This document shows, piece by piece, positions 17,416 to 25,265 of a stretch of 32,000 bases of DNA. The stretch covers positions 16,234-48,233 of the forward strand of contig JAPLKZ010000004.1 in the NCBI GenBank assembly GCA_026387835.1. The letters run 5' to 3'. The notes below the pieces were generated by a model that saw only the letters and a program-made list of their open reading frames with translations, was not told the origin of the DNA and searched no databases. This DNA is from Candidatus Saganbacteria bacterium. Its GTDB lineage: Bacteria; Margulisbacteria; WOR-1; JAKLHX01. The position numbers and the translations under genes are program-made. Each line of letters starts with the position of its first letter. Positions within the stretch are counted from its first letter, which is position 1.

Positions 17416-18391
17416 GATTATTGATCTCCTTTTGTTTTGCTAAGTATGACAGAACAAAGTCCTTCCATTTTTCGTACCAGTACCATCTGTCTGGTAATTG
17501 AAAACCATATCCTTTTGATGTCTCCTTTGCATTATGTTGTTTCCATATTCTATAGTGTTTTGCAATATTAAAATCATCGAATCCTGCCTTATGAGCTTCT
17601 TCAACGATATTTTTAGGCAAGTACTTCCTTTTCTCAGTTTCCTCTTTAACCCAGTATTCTCTCTTGATATTTTCGGCAAGGGGTGATTTAGGATCAAGAA
17701 ATTCAATTACTCGATCAGCCTGCCCTGCTCTTTTTGCTATGACCTTTGTAAATAATATTCTATAGGCATATCTTTCGCTTATGATTTGATCTTCAGATAA
17801 TGTACTATCAAATTTAGCTATATATGATTTTATCTCCTGTGGTATTTTATTGTCTTTATCCCTAATAGTTTTTGATTGTGAATAATCAAGCTCAGCAAAT
17901 TGCAAGCTCAATGCCAACATATTGTCCAATCCATGTCTATCACCGAATAGTTTTTTGATGTAATAGTTAAAGTTTATTGCACACGCCTGATATCTAGCAG
18001 ATAGGTACGAATCCAAATGGTTAGCTTTCCTATGCTCAATTTGATTTCTTAACCCTATTAGAAATTTGAGATTATTAGTCGTGTCAACATCAAGAGGGCG
18101 GTTTTCTTCATCGAGACAACTTGTTAAATCCCAATATTTAACACTACCATCTTTATTCTTTTTAAACTTTTTCCTTTTGTTTCTCTTCTCATAATATCTG
18201 TAATCTATCGATTTACTCCTATAGTACGCGTGAAGAAGATATGTCCAGGCAATCATGAAGAGCACAATAAAAGACTCCGACTTAAATGTTGTTAGAGGAT
18301 TGTTATATATTTGAACAGCAGCCAGAGCAGATTCTCTCGCTTTATTGATTAAATCAACTTTTTCGGAATACAGATGTCTTTCCTTTGACAT
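17405..18391 (-). CDS. DUF3644-like protein (328 aa) embedded between hsdS and hsdR
   Basis: The ATG at 18391 lies 5 nt after the hsdS stop and directly follows AGGGGGA. The N-terminal ALAAVQIYNNPLTTFKSESFIVLFMIAWTYLLHAYY resembles the DUF3644/Abi-like helical N-domain signature as I recall it. The assignment is not verified. Confidence 0.5.
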   Translation of the reverse strand: MSKERHLYSEKVDLINKARESALAAVQIYNNPLTTFKSESFIVLFMIAWTYLLHAYYRSKSIDYRYYEKRNKRKKFKKNKDGSVKYWDLTSCLDEENRPLDVDTTNNLKFLIGLRNQIEHRKANHLDSYLSARYQACAINFNYYIKKLFGDRHGLDNMLALSLQFAELDYSQSKTIRDKDNKIPQEIKSYIAKFDSTLSEDQIISERYAYRILFTKVIAKRAGQADRVIEFLDPKSPLAENIKREYWVKEETEKRKYLPKNIVEEAHKAGFDDFNIAKHYRIWKQHNAKETSKGYGFQLPDRWYWYEKWKDFVLSYLAKQKEINNHGT

Positions 18392-18396
18392 TCCCC

Positions 18397-19719
18397 CTAC
18401 ACCTCCACCTTCCCCGTCACTACATTTGAAATGATTGAGGATTTGTATTCTTGAAGCAGGGATATCGATTTGCCAATTTTATCTGCAAGAGCATCAACTT
18501 TGGACAGCTCATTCTTAATGTGTTCCGATATTTGTTCTTGGATATTTGTATCGGGAAATGCAATTCGAATATTCCCGATAAAATCCCAGCTGGCTCTTGG
18601 CATTTTTGCCCCATATGTAGAGTTGTCAACAAGTGATAAGAAGTCATCTGAAAGGACTCGACAAAAGAGATATTGTGAATTAATTTTATCCCTCCGTGGC
18701 TCCATGACAAGCAGTTCGCCGGTACAGATACCATCAAAATCCGGAAGAAGTGCTTTTGCCAGATATGGCCTTAATTTATTAAAAAGTACATCCCCAAGCT
18801 GAAATTCATTCGTTATGCTGTCTGGGTCTTGTTCAATTTCACTCTCCAAATATCGACCTGTAAAACTTTCAATGTTTTCTAATGCGAGATATTTCTTGTT
18901 GTTATCTGGGCTCTGACTTCTACGGAGATTTACAATATACTTCAACTTCTCCACCCGCCACCCCTCCGGCACTTTCCCGATCCACTCAATCCCGCTATCA
19001 ACAAGTTTGGCTTTTGAATCAAGCCCTCTTGTCACCGCCTGATTTATCACCGCCGCACGCTTTTCTTTGAGGAGCTCAATTAGCTTGCGTTTTTGTTCTA
19101 ATATTTGATCAATCAAGGCGGTTTTTTGGTCAAGGAATGAGACAATGTGCGATTGAATTTCTATAGCTTGCGTGGGAATTACTACTTGATTAATGGTTCC
19201 CCGGGAAATATTAACAAGTCCTGAGCTTGTTAGCCCCAAATAATTTATTTGCTCTCTTCCTAATACATTATTTAAGATGTAATAGAGTAACTTTGGATTT
19301 ATTTCTTTATTGACTCTGAGCCTTTGAATAAAGTTTGAAAAGACGCACCCATCACTAGCAACTTCTTTTGTGACAATAGCAGTTTTACCAATATGATACT
19401 CACTTCCACTAGATTTAACGATGAGAAGATCGCCCTCCAGCAATTTTGCTTTCTCGATTTCTAATTTGCTTAATAATCTTGTTGCAGGGTTATCGATTTT
19501 TAGATCCCCATCCATATCGATCTCAGTGGACCTTAATACAATTGTCCCCTGTCCAAGCGGATCATCATCACCCCAAACCCCACCATCGTTATTAATAAGT
19601 TTATGTATTAGTCGATCAGATTTCCACGTACCGGGAATCTTTCCAATCCATTCAATTCCTGAATCTTTGTATTCAGGATATCTTTTGTGCTGTTTTTTGA
19701 ATTTGATTGTTTGTGCCAT
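18397..19719 (-). CDS. hsdS: Type I R-M specificity subunit with two target-recognition domains
   Basis: 440 aa with duplicated half-structure. SGIEWIGKIPGTWKSDRL and SGIEWIGKVPEGWRVEKL open the two TRDs. The conserved central helix is LIDQILEQKRKLIELLKEKRAAVINQAVTRGLD, and the C-terminal helix is LLQEYKSSIISNVVTGKV. Confidence 0.92.
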   Translation of the reverse strand: MAQTIKFKKQHKRYPEYKDSGIEWIGKIPGTWKSDRLIHKLINNDGGVWGDDDPLGQGTIVLRSTEIDMDGDLKIDNPATRLLSKLEIEKAKLLEGDLLIVKSSGSEYHIGKTAIVTKEVASDGCVFSNFIQRLRVNKEINPKLLYYILNNVLGREQINYLGLTSSGLVNISRGTINQVVIPTQAIEIQSHIVSFLDQKTALIDQILEQKRKLIELLKEKRAAVINQAVTRGLDSKAKLVDSGIEWIGKVPEGWRVEKLKYIVNLRRSQSPDNNKKYLALENIESFTGRYLESEIEQDPDSITNEFQLGDVLFNKLRPYLAKALLPDFDGICTGELLVMEPRRDKINSQYLFCRVLSDDFLSLVDNSTYGAKMPRASWDFIGNIRIAFPDTNIQEQISEHIKNELSKVDALADKIGKSISLLQEYKSSIISNVVTGKVEV

Positions 19720-19721
19720 AT

Positions 19722-21755
19722 TTATAACTGCTTTAATAACTCCAAAAGCTCATTCTCGACCTTCTCAATATCCGTCTCGATCTCTTCAAGTGGTCTTGGT
19801 GGGGCATATTTGTAGAAATACCTCGTCAAAGGTATCTCATAGCCCACCTTTCCGATCTTTCCGTCCTTATGATCCCTGACATTTTCGTTTATCCATGCGT
19901 CAGGAACATATGGCTTTACTTCTTTTAAGAAATATTCATGGATATCCTGGCCATACGGCACATTTTCCGTATCTCTCAACTCGCTGTCCGGCTCAATATT
20001 TCCTTCTTTATCCTTGCATGGATCCGCAGTATCATCTCTCTCTGACAACTCCTGCCAGATAATCTTAAATATATTAGCCAGAACGTTAATCTTTGACTTC
20101 TCAAGTATCCTTTCTATATCAGTTATGAATTCTTCGCGATTTTTATACAGTATCTTTGGAGCATTATCCAAGCATAAAATAATATTGTCCCTTAACCTTT
20201 GCCATTCTTTGTTTTCCTTATCGCCGGCGGCACCTTTCTTCTTGCTTGGGGTGTCATTTGAGAATGTTTTGTTTTCCTGAAGCCTTTTCATTCGTTCTTC
20301 ATTCACCTGGAAGTTAAGCTTAAGCGGCCGCTCGATCACTATCTGCCTATACGCAAAATCCGTAGTTTTTAATGTTTTTGAATGTTCACTCTCTGCATAG
20401 CGTTTGTAGATATCGTAAATATCTTTCCTGTTTGCAGGAGATATCATGTTCCTCTTATTCCCGAGCGATTTCCTCATTTTTTCATAAAATGACCTCGCAT
20501 CGATCAACTGCACCTTGCCTTTTCGTTTTGCGTCCTTTCTATTAGTCAAGAACCACAGATAAGTATTAATGCCCGTGTTATAGAATAATTGGTCCGGTAA
20601 AGCCACTATCGCCTCAAGCAGATCCTTTTCAAGGATCCATCGTCTTATTTCGCTTTCTCCCGAACCTGCATCCCCAGTAAAAAGCGGAGAACCATTTAAA
20701 ACGATCGCGATACGGGATCCGCCATCGCTCGGATTTCGCATCTTTGAGATCAAATGTTGAAGGAAAAGCAGCTGTCCGTCAGATATTCGCGGAAGACCCG
20801 CACCAAATCTGCCCGCATAACCCCGCTCCGCCTCTTTTTCGACCGCTTCCTTGTCCTTTTTCCAGTCAACACCGTAAGGAGGATTAGTCAGACAATAGTC
20901 AAATGAGGTTCCTGCAAATTGTTCGCAGGAAAGCGTACTTGCTTTTGTGTTGTCCTTGTCGCCGCCTTTGATATTATCCGGATTTTCAGCCTTTATCATC
21001 ATGTCTGATTTGCAGATCGCGTATGTTACGGGATTTAATTCCTGTCCGTATAGGTAAATGGCAGCTTTCTCATTTATATTCTCTAATATATGATCTTTGC
21101 TTACAGTAAGCATACCGCCGGTACCGCAGCAACAGTCGTAAACAGTTCTAATTTTATGTTTTTGTTTGAGCTGCTCTTTATCCGGAGCAAATAGTATCTC
21201 AACCATAACTTTAATAACTTCCCTCGGAGTGTAATGTTCTCCTGCGGTTTCGTTCGATTGCTCATTGAATTTTCTTATTAATTCCTCGAAAATATAACCC
21301 ATTTCGTGATTGCTAACCGTTTCGGGATGCAGGTCTACTTTATTGAACTCCTTTATTATGAGGTATAGAAGGTTGCCGCCTTCAAGACGCGACAGCTGTT
21401 TTTCAAAGTCGAATTTTGCAAAGATTTCCTTAACGTTGTCGCTATAACCATTTATATGGTGGCGTAAATTCTTCGCTATATTCTTCGGATCTTCAAGAAG
21501 CTTTTCAAAATCATATGGCGAGATATTGTAGAAGCCCAGGCTTGATGCCTTCAATATTGGATCAATGTTAACTTTACCTTTGTATTTATTATGCTGAGCC
21601 ATGATCTTTTCTTTTACCTTTGAAAAGATCGAGTCAAGACGTTTGAGCACGACTAAAGGAAGGATCACATCTTGATATTCATGTTGTTTCCAGCCCCCTC
21701 GCAGTAGCTCAGCTATATTCCAGATTAATCCCGCTTTTGTATTGAAATTGTTCAT
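19722..21755 (-). CDS. hsdM: Type I R-M N6-adenine DNA methyltransferase subunit (long form, 677 aa)
   Basis: HsdM_N-like N-terminus (LIWNIAELLRGGWKQHEYQDVILPLVVLKRLD). SAM-binding motif I is DCCCGTGGML. Catalytic motif IV is LTNPPYG. A GGAGG SD lies upstream. Confidence 0.93.
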   Translation of the reverse strand: MNNFNTKAGLIWNIAELLRGGWKQHEYQDVILPLVVLKRLDSIFSKVKEKIMAQHNKYKGKVNIDPILKASSLGFYNISPYDFEKLLEDPKNIAKNLRHHINGYSDNVKEIFAKFDFEKQLSRLEGGNLLYLIIKEFNKVDLHPETVSNHEMGYIFEELIRKFNEQSNETAGEHYTPREVIKVMVEILFAPDKEQLKQKHKIRTVYDCCCGTGGMLTVSKDHILENINEKAAIYLYGQELNPVTYAICKSDMMIKAENPDNIKGGDKDNTKASTLSCEQFAGTSFDYCLTNPPYGVDWKKDKEAVEKEAERGYAGRFGAGLPRISDGQLLFLQHLISKMRNPSDGGSRIAIVLNGSPLFTGDAGSGESEIRRWILEKDLLEAIVALPDQLFYNTGINTYLWFLTNRKDAKRKGKVQLIDARSFYEKMRKSLGNKRNMISPANRKDIYDIYKRYAESEHSKTLKTTDFAYRQIVIERPLKLNFQVNEERMKRLQENKTFSNDTPSKKKGAAGDKENKEWQRLRDNIILCLDNAPKILYKNREEFITDIERILEKSKINVLANIFKIIWQELSERDDTADPCKDKEGNIEPDSELRDTENVPYGQDIHEYFLKEVKPYVPDAWINENVRDHKDGKIGKVGYEIPLTRYFYKYAPPRPLEEIETDIEKVENELLELLKQL

Positions 21756-21765
21756 TTTGCCTCCA

Positions 21766-22905
21766 TTACTTTTTAAATAGATTAATATACTCTGTTAAAG
21801 AGAATATTCTGTTTCTTGAATAACCTGTCTTTTCTTTGAATAATCCCAGTTTTTCAAACTCTTTTGCCAATGTACTCGCTGTCTGGAATGTCACAGGAAT
21901 CATTTTTCCAATTTCATGTACTGTTACCGTCGGTTTAGAGAACAGCTTATGAAGAAGCTGCTTGCCGAGCTTTTGCCGTTTTATCCCCATCCCAGACTCA
22001 ATATTATCCTCATATTTTCTGCGCAATACAATTATTTTCTCAAATGTTTCTTTCCCCTTTTTAGCTGTTTCCGCAACTCCCGAAAGAAAGAACCTAATCC
22101 ATTGTTCAAGATCATTTGAGACCCGCACCTTTGACAGGGCATCATAATATTGAATTCTATTCTTTTCGAAGTAATCTGACAGATAAAGTGTGGGCTTCTT
22201 TAATATTCCCAAGCTTACAAGATGAAGCGTTATTAACAGCCTTCCTATTCTGCCGTTGCCATCAAGAAATGGATGGATAGTTTCAAATTGATAATGAACT
22301 AAAGCCGTTTTGATGATATCCGGTATATTTGTCTTATCATTATGAATGAATTTCTCGAGATCTCCCATTAGGTCATTCAATTCATTATATTGTGGAGGCA
22401 CAAATGAAGCCTCCTCGATCGTTCGGCCACCTATCCAGTTTTGCCTAATCCTAAACTCCCCAGGATTTTTGCTGTATCCGCGAACCCCAGACAATAATAT
22501 GCCGTGTGCGTCTTTTATCAACCTTATTGAAACCGGCAGATGACGCAACTGCTCTATCGCATGGTTAATTGCTTTGATATAATTTTGAACTTCACTCCAG
22601 TCGTCCCTTTTATCAGGATCAACATCATTTTTGGGCAATAAAGCCTCATCAATGTTGGTTTTGGTACCTTCTATTTGGCTTGATTGTGTAGCTTCCTTTA
22701 AAACGTGCATTTTGATAAAAAAGTCAACATCAGGGACTAGCGTGGAATAGGCGTCAAGCTCACCCAAGTACCGCATCGCTTGTGCTAATAACAGATCGAT
22801 CTTCTTGTCCTGCCAGTCAAATGGTTGGTTTATAGATGTAGGAGTAAAGGTTTTATGCTTTCCTTGACTCTTATAATGGCCTGCGATATACTTTGAATAC
22901 TTCAT
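21766..22905 (-). CDS. fic: Fic-family protein (AMPylase-type) with an N-terminal inhibitory motif and a C-terminal winged-helix-like region
   Basis: The Fic core motif is [18 protein letters not shown] matches the (S/T)xxxE(G/N) intramolecular inhibitory helix motif. The track start at 22938 is a TTG lying inside the predicted promoter/TSS. I prefer the ATG at 22905 ([11 protein letters not shown]), which is preceded by AAGGCGGA. Confidence 0.85.
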   Translation of the reverse strand: MKYSKYIAGHYKSQGKHKTFTPTSINQPFDWQDKKIDLLLAQAMRYLGELDAYSTLVPDVDFFIKMHVLKEATQSSQIEGTKTNIDEALLPKNDVDPDKRDDWSEVQNYIKAINHAIEQLRHLPVSIRLIKDAHGILLSGVRGYSKNPGEFRIRQNWIGGRTIEEASFVPPQYNELNDLMGDLEKFIHNDKTNIPDIIKTALVHYQFETIHPFLDGNGRIGRLLITLHLVSLGILKKPTLYLSDYFEKNRIQYYDALSKVRVSNDLEQWIRFFLSGVAETAKKGKETFEKIIVLRRKYEDNIESGMGIKRQKLGKQLLHKLFSKPTVTVHEIGKMIPVTFQTASTLAKEFEKLGLFKEKTGYSRNRIFSLTEYINLFKK

Positions 22906-22912
22906 AATCCGC

Positions 22913-22940
22913 CTTTGAATACTATTATTTATATTCAAAG
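22913..22940. promoter_or_regulatory. Palindromic operator-like site O2: CTTTGAATA-N10-TATTCAAAG (perfect), overlapping the -10/TSS and 5'UTR
   Basis: Read directly from the sequence. The half-sites are 22913-22921 and 22932-22940. An additional half-site CTTTGAATA sits at 22891-22899, inside fic codons 3-5 (counted from the 22905 ATG). Confidence 0.55.
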
Positions 22941-22967
22941 TATAACACTTTAGATTGAATATGTCAA
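22939..22967 (-). promoter_or_regulatory. Sigma70-type promoter of the fic-hsd operon
   Basis: The minus strand reads TTGACA-17 nt-TATACT, with -35 at 22967-22962 and -10 at 22944-22939. This lies ~34 nt upstream of the fic ATG at 22905. Confidence 0.65.
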
Positions 22968-22980
22968 GGTATATTCAAAG
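22953..22980. promoter_or_regulatory. Palindromic operator-like site O1: gaTTGAATA-N10-TATTCAAAG (7/9 + 9/9), overlapping the -35
   Basis: It has the same 9-N10-9 geometry as O2 and is displaced by exactly 40 bp. The half-sites are 22953-22961 and 22972-22980. Confidence 0.5.
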
Positions 22981-22988
22981 ATTATTGC

Positions 22989-23945
22989 TCACCCAAAATC
23001 CACCACCTGAAACGCATTCGTCTCCTTCTTCCCTATATGCTCCATCGTCATATATTCTTTTCTGAAAGGGTCCGTCTGCCAGTATTTGAAGAAGGCATCC
23101 GGCTTTTTAAACTTTGAGAATATAAACCGCGCTGTTTTTGTGGCCCGGTCCATTATCGCAGGGATCTCCTTGAAATCAAAAGGATGCACATCAAAGATGC
23201 CAGGATTGATGATCCTTACTGCTATTTTTTTCTTCAAGAAGATATCATCATTGATATATCTGTTGATCTGTGAAAAAGAGGTCGTCAAATCCAGACATTG
23301 CATGAAAACGTCCATGATGTTCTTTTTGTTAAAATCCCCTTTAACTTGACCACAATAGCCCAGATCGCACGCGATAATCCTTTTAACCCCCGCAATCCTT
23401 GCCGCAACCGATATTGGGCAGTTTTCTCTGATCCCGCCGTCGGCAAGAGCCATAACTTTGTTACCAATCTTTATTTTTTTGGGTTTAAAGATAACAGGGA
23501 ATGATATTGACGCTTCAAGGGCCTCGGTCAGTCGACAGTCGTCTGTAGACTGACGACTGCCAAATATTACTTGCTTCCCCGAATTCAAGTCCGTCGCCGT
23601 AATATAGACCGGCTTCTTTAGATCTCTGAATGTCATCCCCGTGAATCCCGCTTCTTTAGCGATAAGGTCGATGGTTTCCTTTGATTCAAGCAACCCGGCA
23701 TGCGAGAACAGGTCAAACGCGAGCATCTGCGGCCATATATGCTTCTTTATAAATTTAAGCGATATCTCTTTGACTGTCTTAGGCTCGTCGTAAAGACCGA
23801 GCATCACTGCAAACACCGCACCTATCGATGTGCCAACGAAGATATCGGGGACATATCCCTTTTTATACATTTCCTCGGCAATGCTTATATGTGCGGCGCC
23901 TTTGACGAAGCCGCCGGAGAGGACGAGGGCAAGGTTATTTTTCAT
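22989..23945 (-). CDS. Patatin-like phospholipase
   Basis: The oxyanion motif is SGGFVKG, the nucleophile elbow is GTSIG (GxSxG) and the catalytic Asp motif is ADGG. The track start at 23984 is TTG. I prefer the ATG at 23945 (MKNNLALVLSGG). Confidence 0.85.
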   Translation of the reverse strand: MKNNLALVLSGGFVKGAAHISIAEEMYKKGYVPDIFVGTSIGAVFAVMLGLYDEPKTVKEISLKFIKKHIWPQMLAFDLFSHAGLLESKETIDLIAKEAGFTGMTFRDLKKPVYITATDLNSGKQVIFGSRQSTDDCRLTEALEASISFPVIFKPKKIKIGNKVMALADGGIRENCPISVAARIAGVKRIIACDLGYCGQVKGDFNKKNIMDVFMQCLDLTTSFSQINRYINDDIFLKKKIAVRIINPGIFDVHPFDFKEIPAIMDRATKTARFIFSKFKKPDAFFKYWQTDPFRKEYMTMEHIGKKETNAFQVVDFG

Positions 23946-24095
23946 GATTATCTGAATTATGTAATATTTATCCGGAAATATCAATTATGCTTGCAGACTA
24001 AATATGCCTTGACTGTGCTAATATTTAAAGCTGCCATAAAAAAGTCTTAAAAAAACCGTTAAATTATCGGTATATAGTAATAAGGAGGGGTTGCG

Positions 24096-24620
24096 ATGGA
24101 TGAACAATTTCTTGATGTTTTGTTCGAGGCCGGCAAAGATGTATATCAGGAAGGCTGTTATGATGGAGCAATTGAAATATTCAAAATGGTCCTTGAAAAA
24201 GCCCCCAAAGACCGGGATGCCATGCTCTGGTTGGGTCTGTGCAGGCTTTCCGCCGGCGATAATAAAGAAGCGATATACTGGTTCAAAGAATCACTTAAAG
24301 CGCACCAATATTATTTTGATCCTCATAATTACCTTTATATGGGGTTATCATTTATTCATCTGGGTGATGTCGCAAAAGGTGTTATTTGTTCGATGTTCGG
24401 CGCGGTTTTGCTGTTGAACTGCATTGAAAGGGATGGAAGACAGGATATATGCGATTTTGTCGATATGTTGAATACTCTTATTGATGATGGGTATAATGAA
24501 TATCGCATAGTTAAATGTGCCGTATTATGCGCCGGCAAAACAGATGACATAAGACCAATAGTTAAACTAATATCTTCAATGTACGGAGATATACCGATGC
24601 CAAGATGCAAAACAGATTAG
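24096..24620 (+). CDS. TPR-like repeat protein with a Cys-rich C-terminal half (174 aa)
   Basis: Strong SD (AAGGAGGGG) 5 nt upstream. The N-terminus YQEGCYDGAIEIFKMVLEKAPKDRDAMLWLGLCRLSAGDNKEAIYWFKESLK has TPR periodicity. Confidence 0.65.
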   Translation: MDEQFLDVLFEAGKDVYQEGCYDGAIEIFKMVLEKAPKDRDAMLWLGLCRLSAGDNKEAIYWFKESLKAHQYYFDPHNYLYMGLSFIHLGDVAKGVICSMFGAVLLLNCIERDGRQDICDFVDMLNTLIDDGYNEYRIVKCAVLCAGKTDDIRPIVKLISSMYGDIPMPRCKTD

Positions 24621-24632
24621 GAGAGTGAATTT

Positions 24633-25265
24633 ATGGATGCAAATATTATCATTGAAAGAGTTGAAACAACTATTGACAAAGTAAAGGGCGAATTCAGAGA
24701 AAATGCGACTCAATATTTTACCGAAAATGATATTGTCATGTATTTTTATAGTCAGCTTCAGAATGAATTAGGATATCTTGTCGCGCTTGATAAAGACTGC
24801 AACAAACATTTCTTGGTCCATGGCGAATATCCCACGCCTGTCAAGTTGGACATGAAGGGGATTAATTGTGAAGTTAAGGAAAATAAGTCGAGACATAAGA
24901 GAGGACATTTCGATATCATAGTCCTGAACCCGGATTTTATTAATGCTCATTCATACGATGAGATAAAAGCACAGACCTTTAAAATGTTCCGCGAGATATA
25001 CGAAAATTCCGTTAAGCCTGTCGCATTATATGGATTGGAATTTATGCTAAGCAGAGATGAATTTAATTCAAAAAGTGCCGAAGAGAATTTTTGGAATAAG
25101 ACTCTTCAAGATGCGACAAAGCTTGATAAAATGCCTAAAGAGTTCATGGGGCGTAAAAAAATGCTTGCATTCATAAAGGGAACAAAAATGACTAAGCATG
25201 GATTTATTGAGAAGCAAAAGATCCTGTCGAACATCATTGAGATCATATGGGAGGATAAAGAATAA
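24633..25265 (+). CDS. Hypothetical protein (210 aa), possible PD-(D/E)xK-fold
   Basis: A GGAGAG SD overlaps and follows the upstream stop. Acidic residues (TENDIV, HGEYP, GHFDIIVL, YGLEFML) are spaced as in restriction-endonuclease-fold proteins, but there is no clean ExK. The fold call is weak. Confidence 0.55.
   Translation: MDANIIIERVETTIDKVKGEFRENATQYFTENDIVMYFYSQLQNELGYLVALDKDCNKHFLVHGEYPTPVKLDMKGINCEVKENKSRHKRGHFDIIVLNPDFINAHSYDEIKAQTFKMFREIYENSVKPVALYGLEFMLSRDEFNSKSAEENFWNKTLQDATKLDKMPKEFMGRKKMLAFIKGTKMTKHGFIEKQKILSNIIEIIWEDKE

Noticed and set aside
22906-22938. Track start of fic at 22938, and of the patatin gene at 23984.
   Set aside because: Both are TTG codons. The fic TTG lies at the predicted -10/TSS. 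Downstream ATGs (22905 and 23945) give N-termini that fit the domain starts.
22913-22980. The inverted 9-mers flanking the fic promoter read as an invertible promoter switch (inverton).
   Set aside because: The repeats are only 9 bp long and enclose less than 50 bp. No invertase or recombinase gene is nearby. The paired 9-N10-9 geometry fits dimeric repressor operators better.
24091-24417. 108-aa ORF in an alternative frame overlapping the TPR gene, and the antisense ORFs 24356..24610, 24768..24950, 25106..25387 and 25339..25554.
   Set aside because: The TPR, 210-aa and HD genes have strong SDs and tight coupling. The alternatives have none and overlap them completely.
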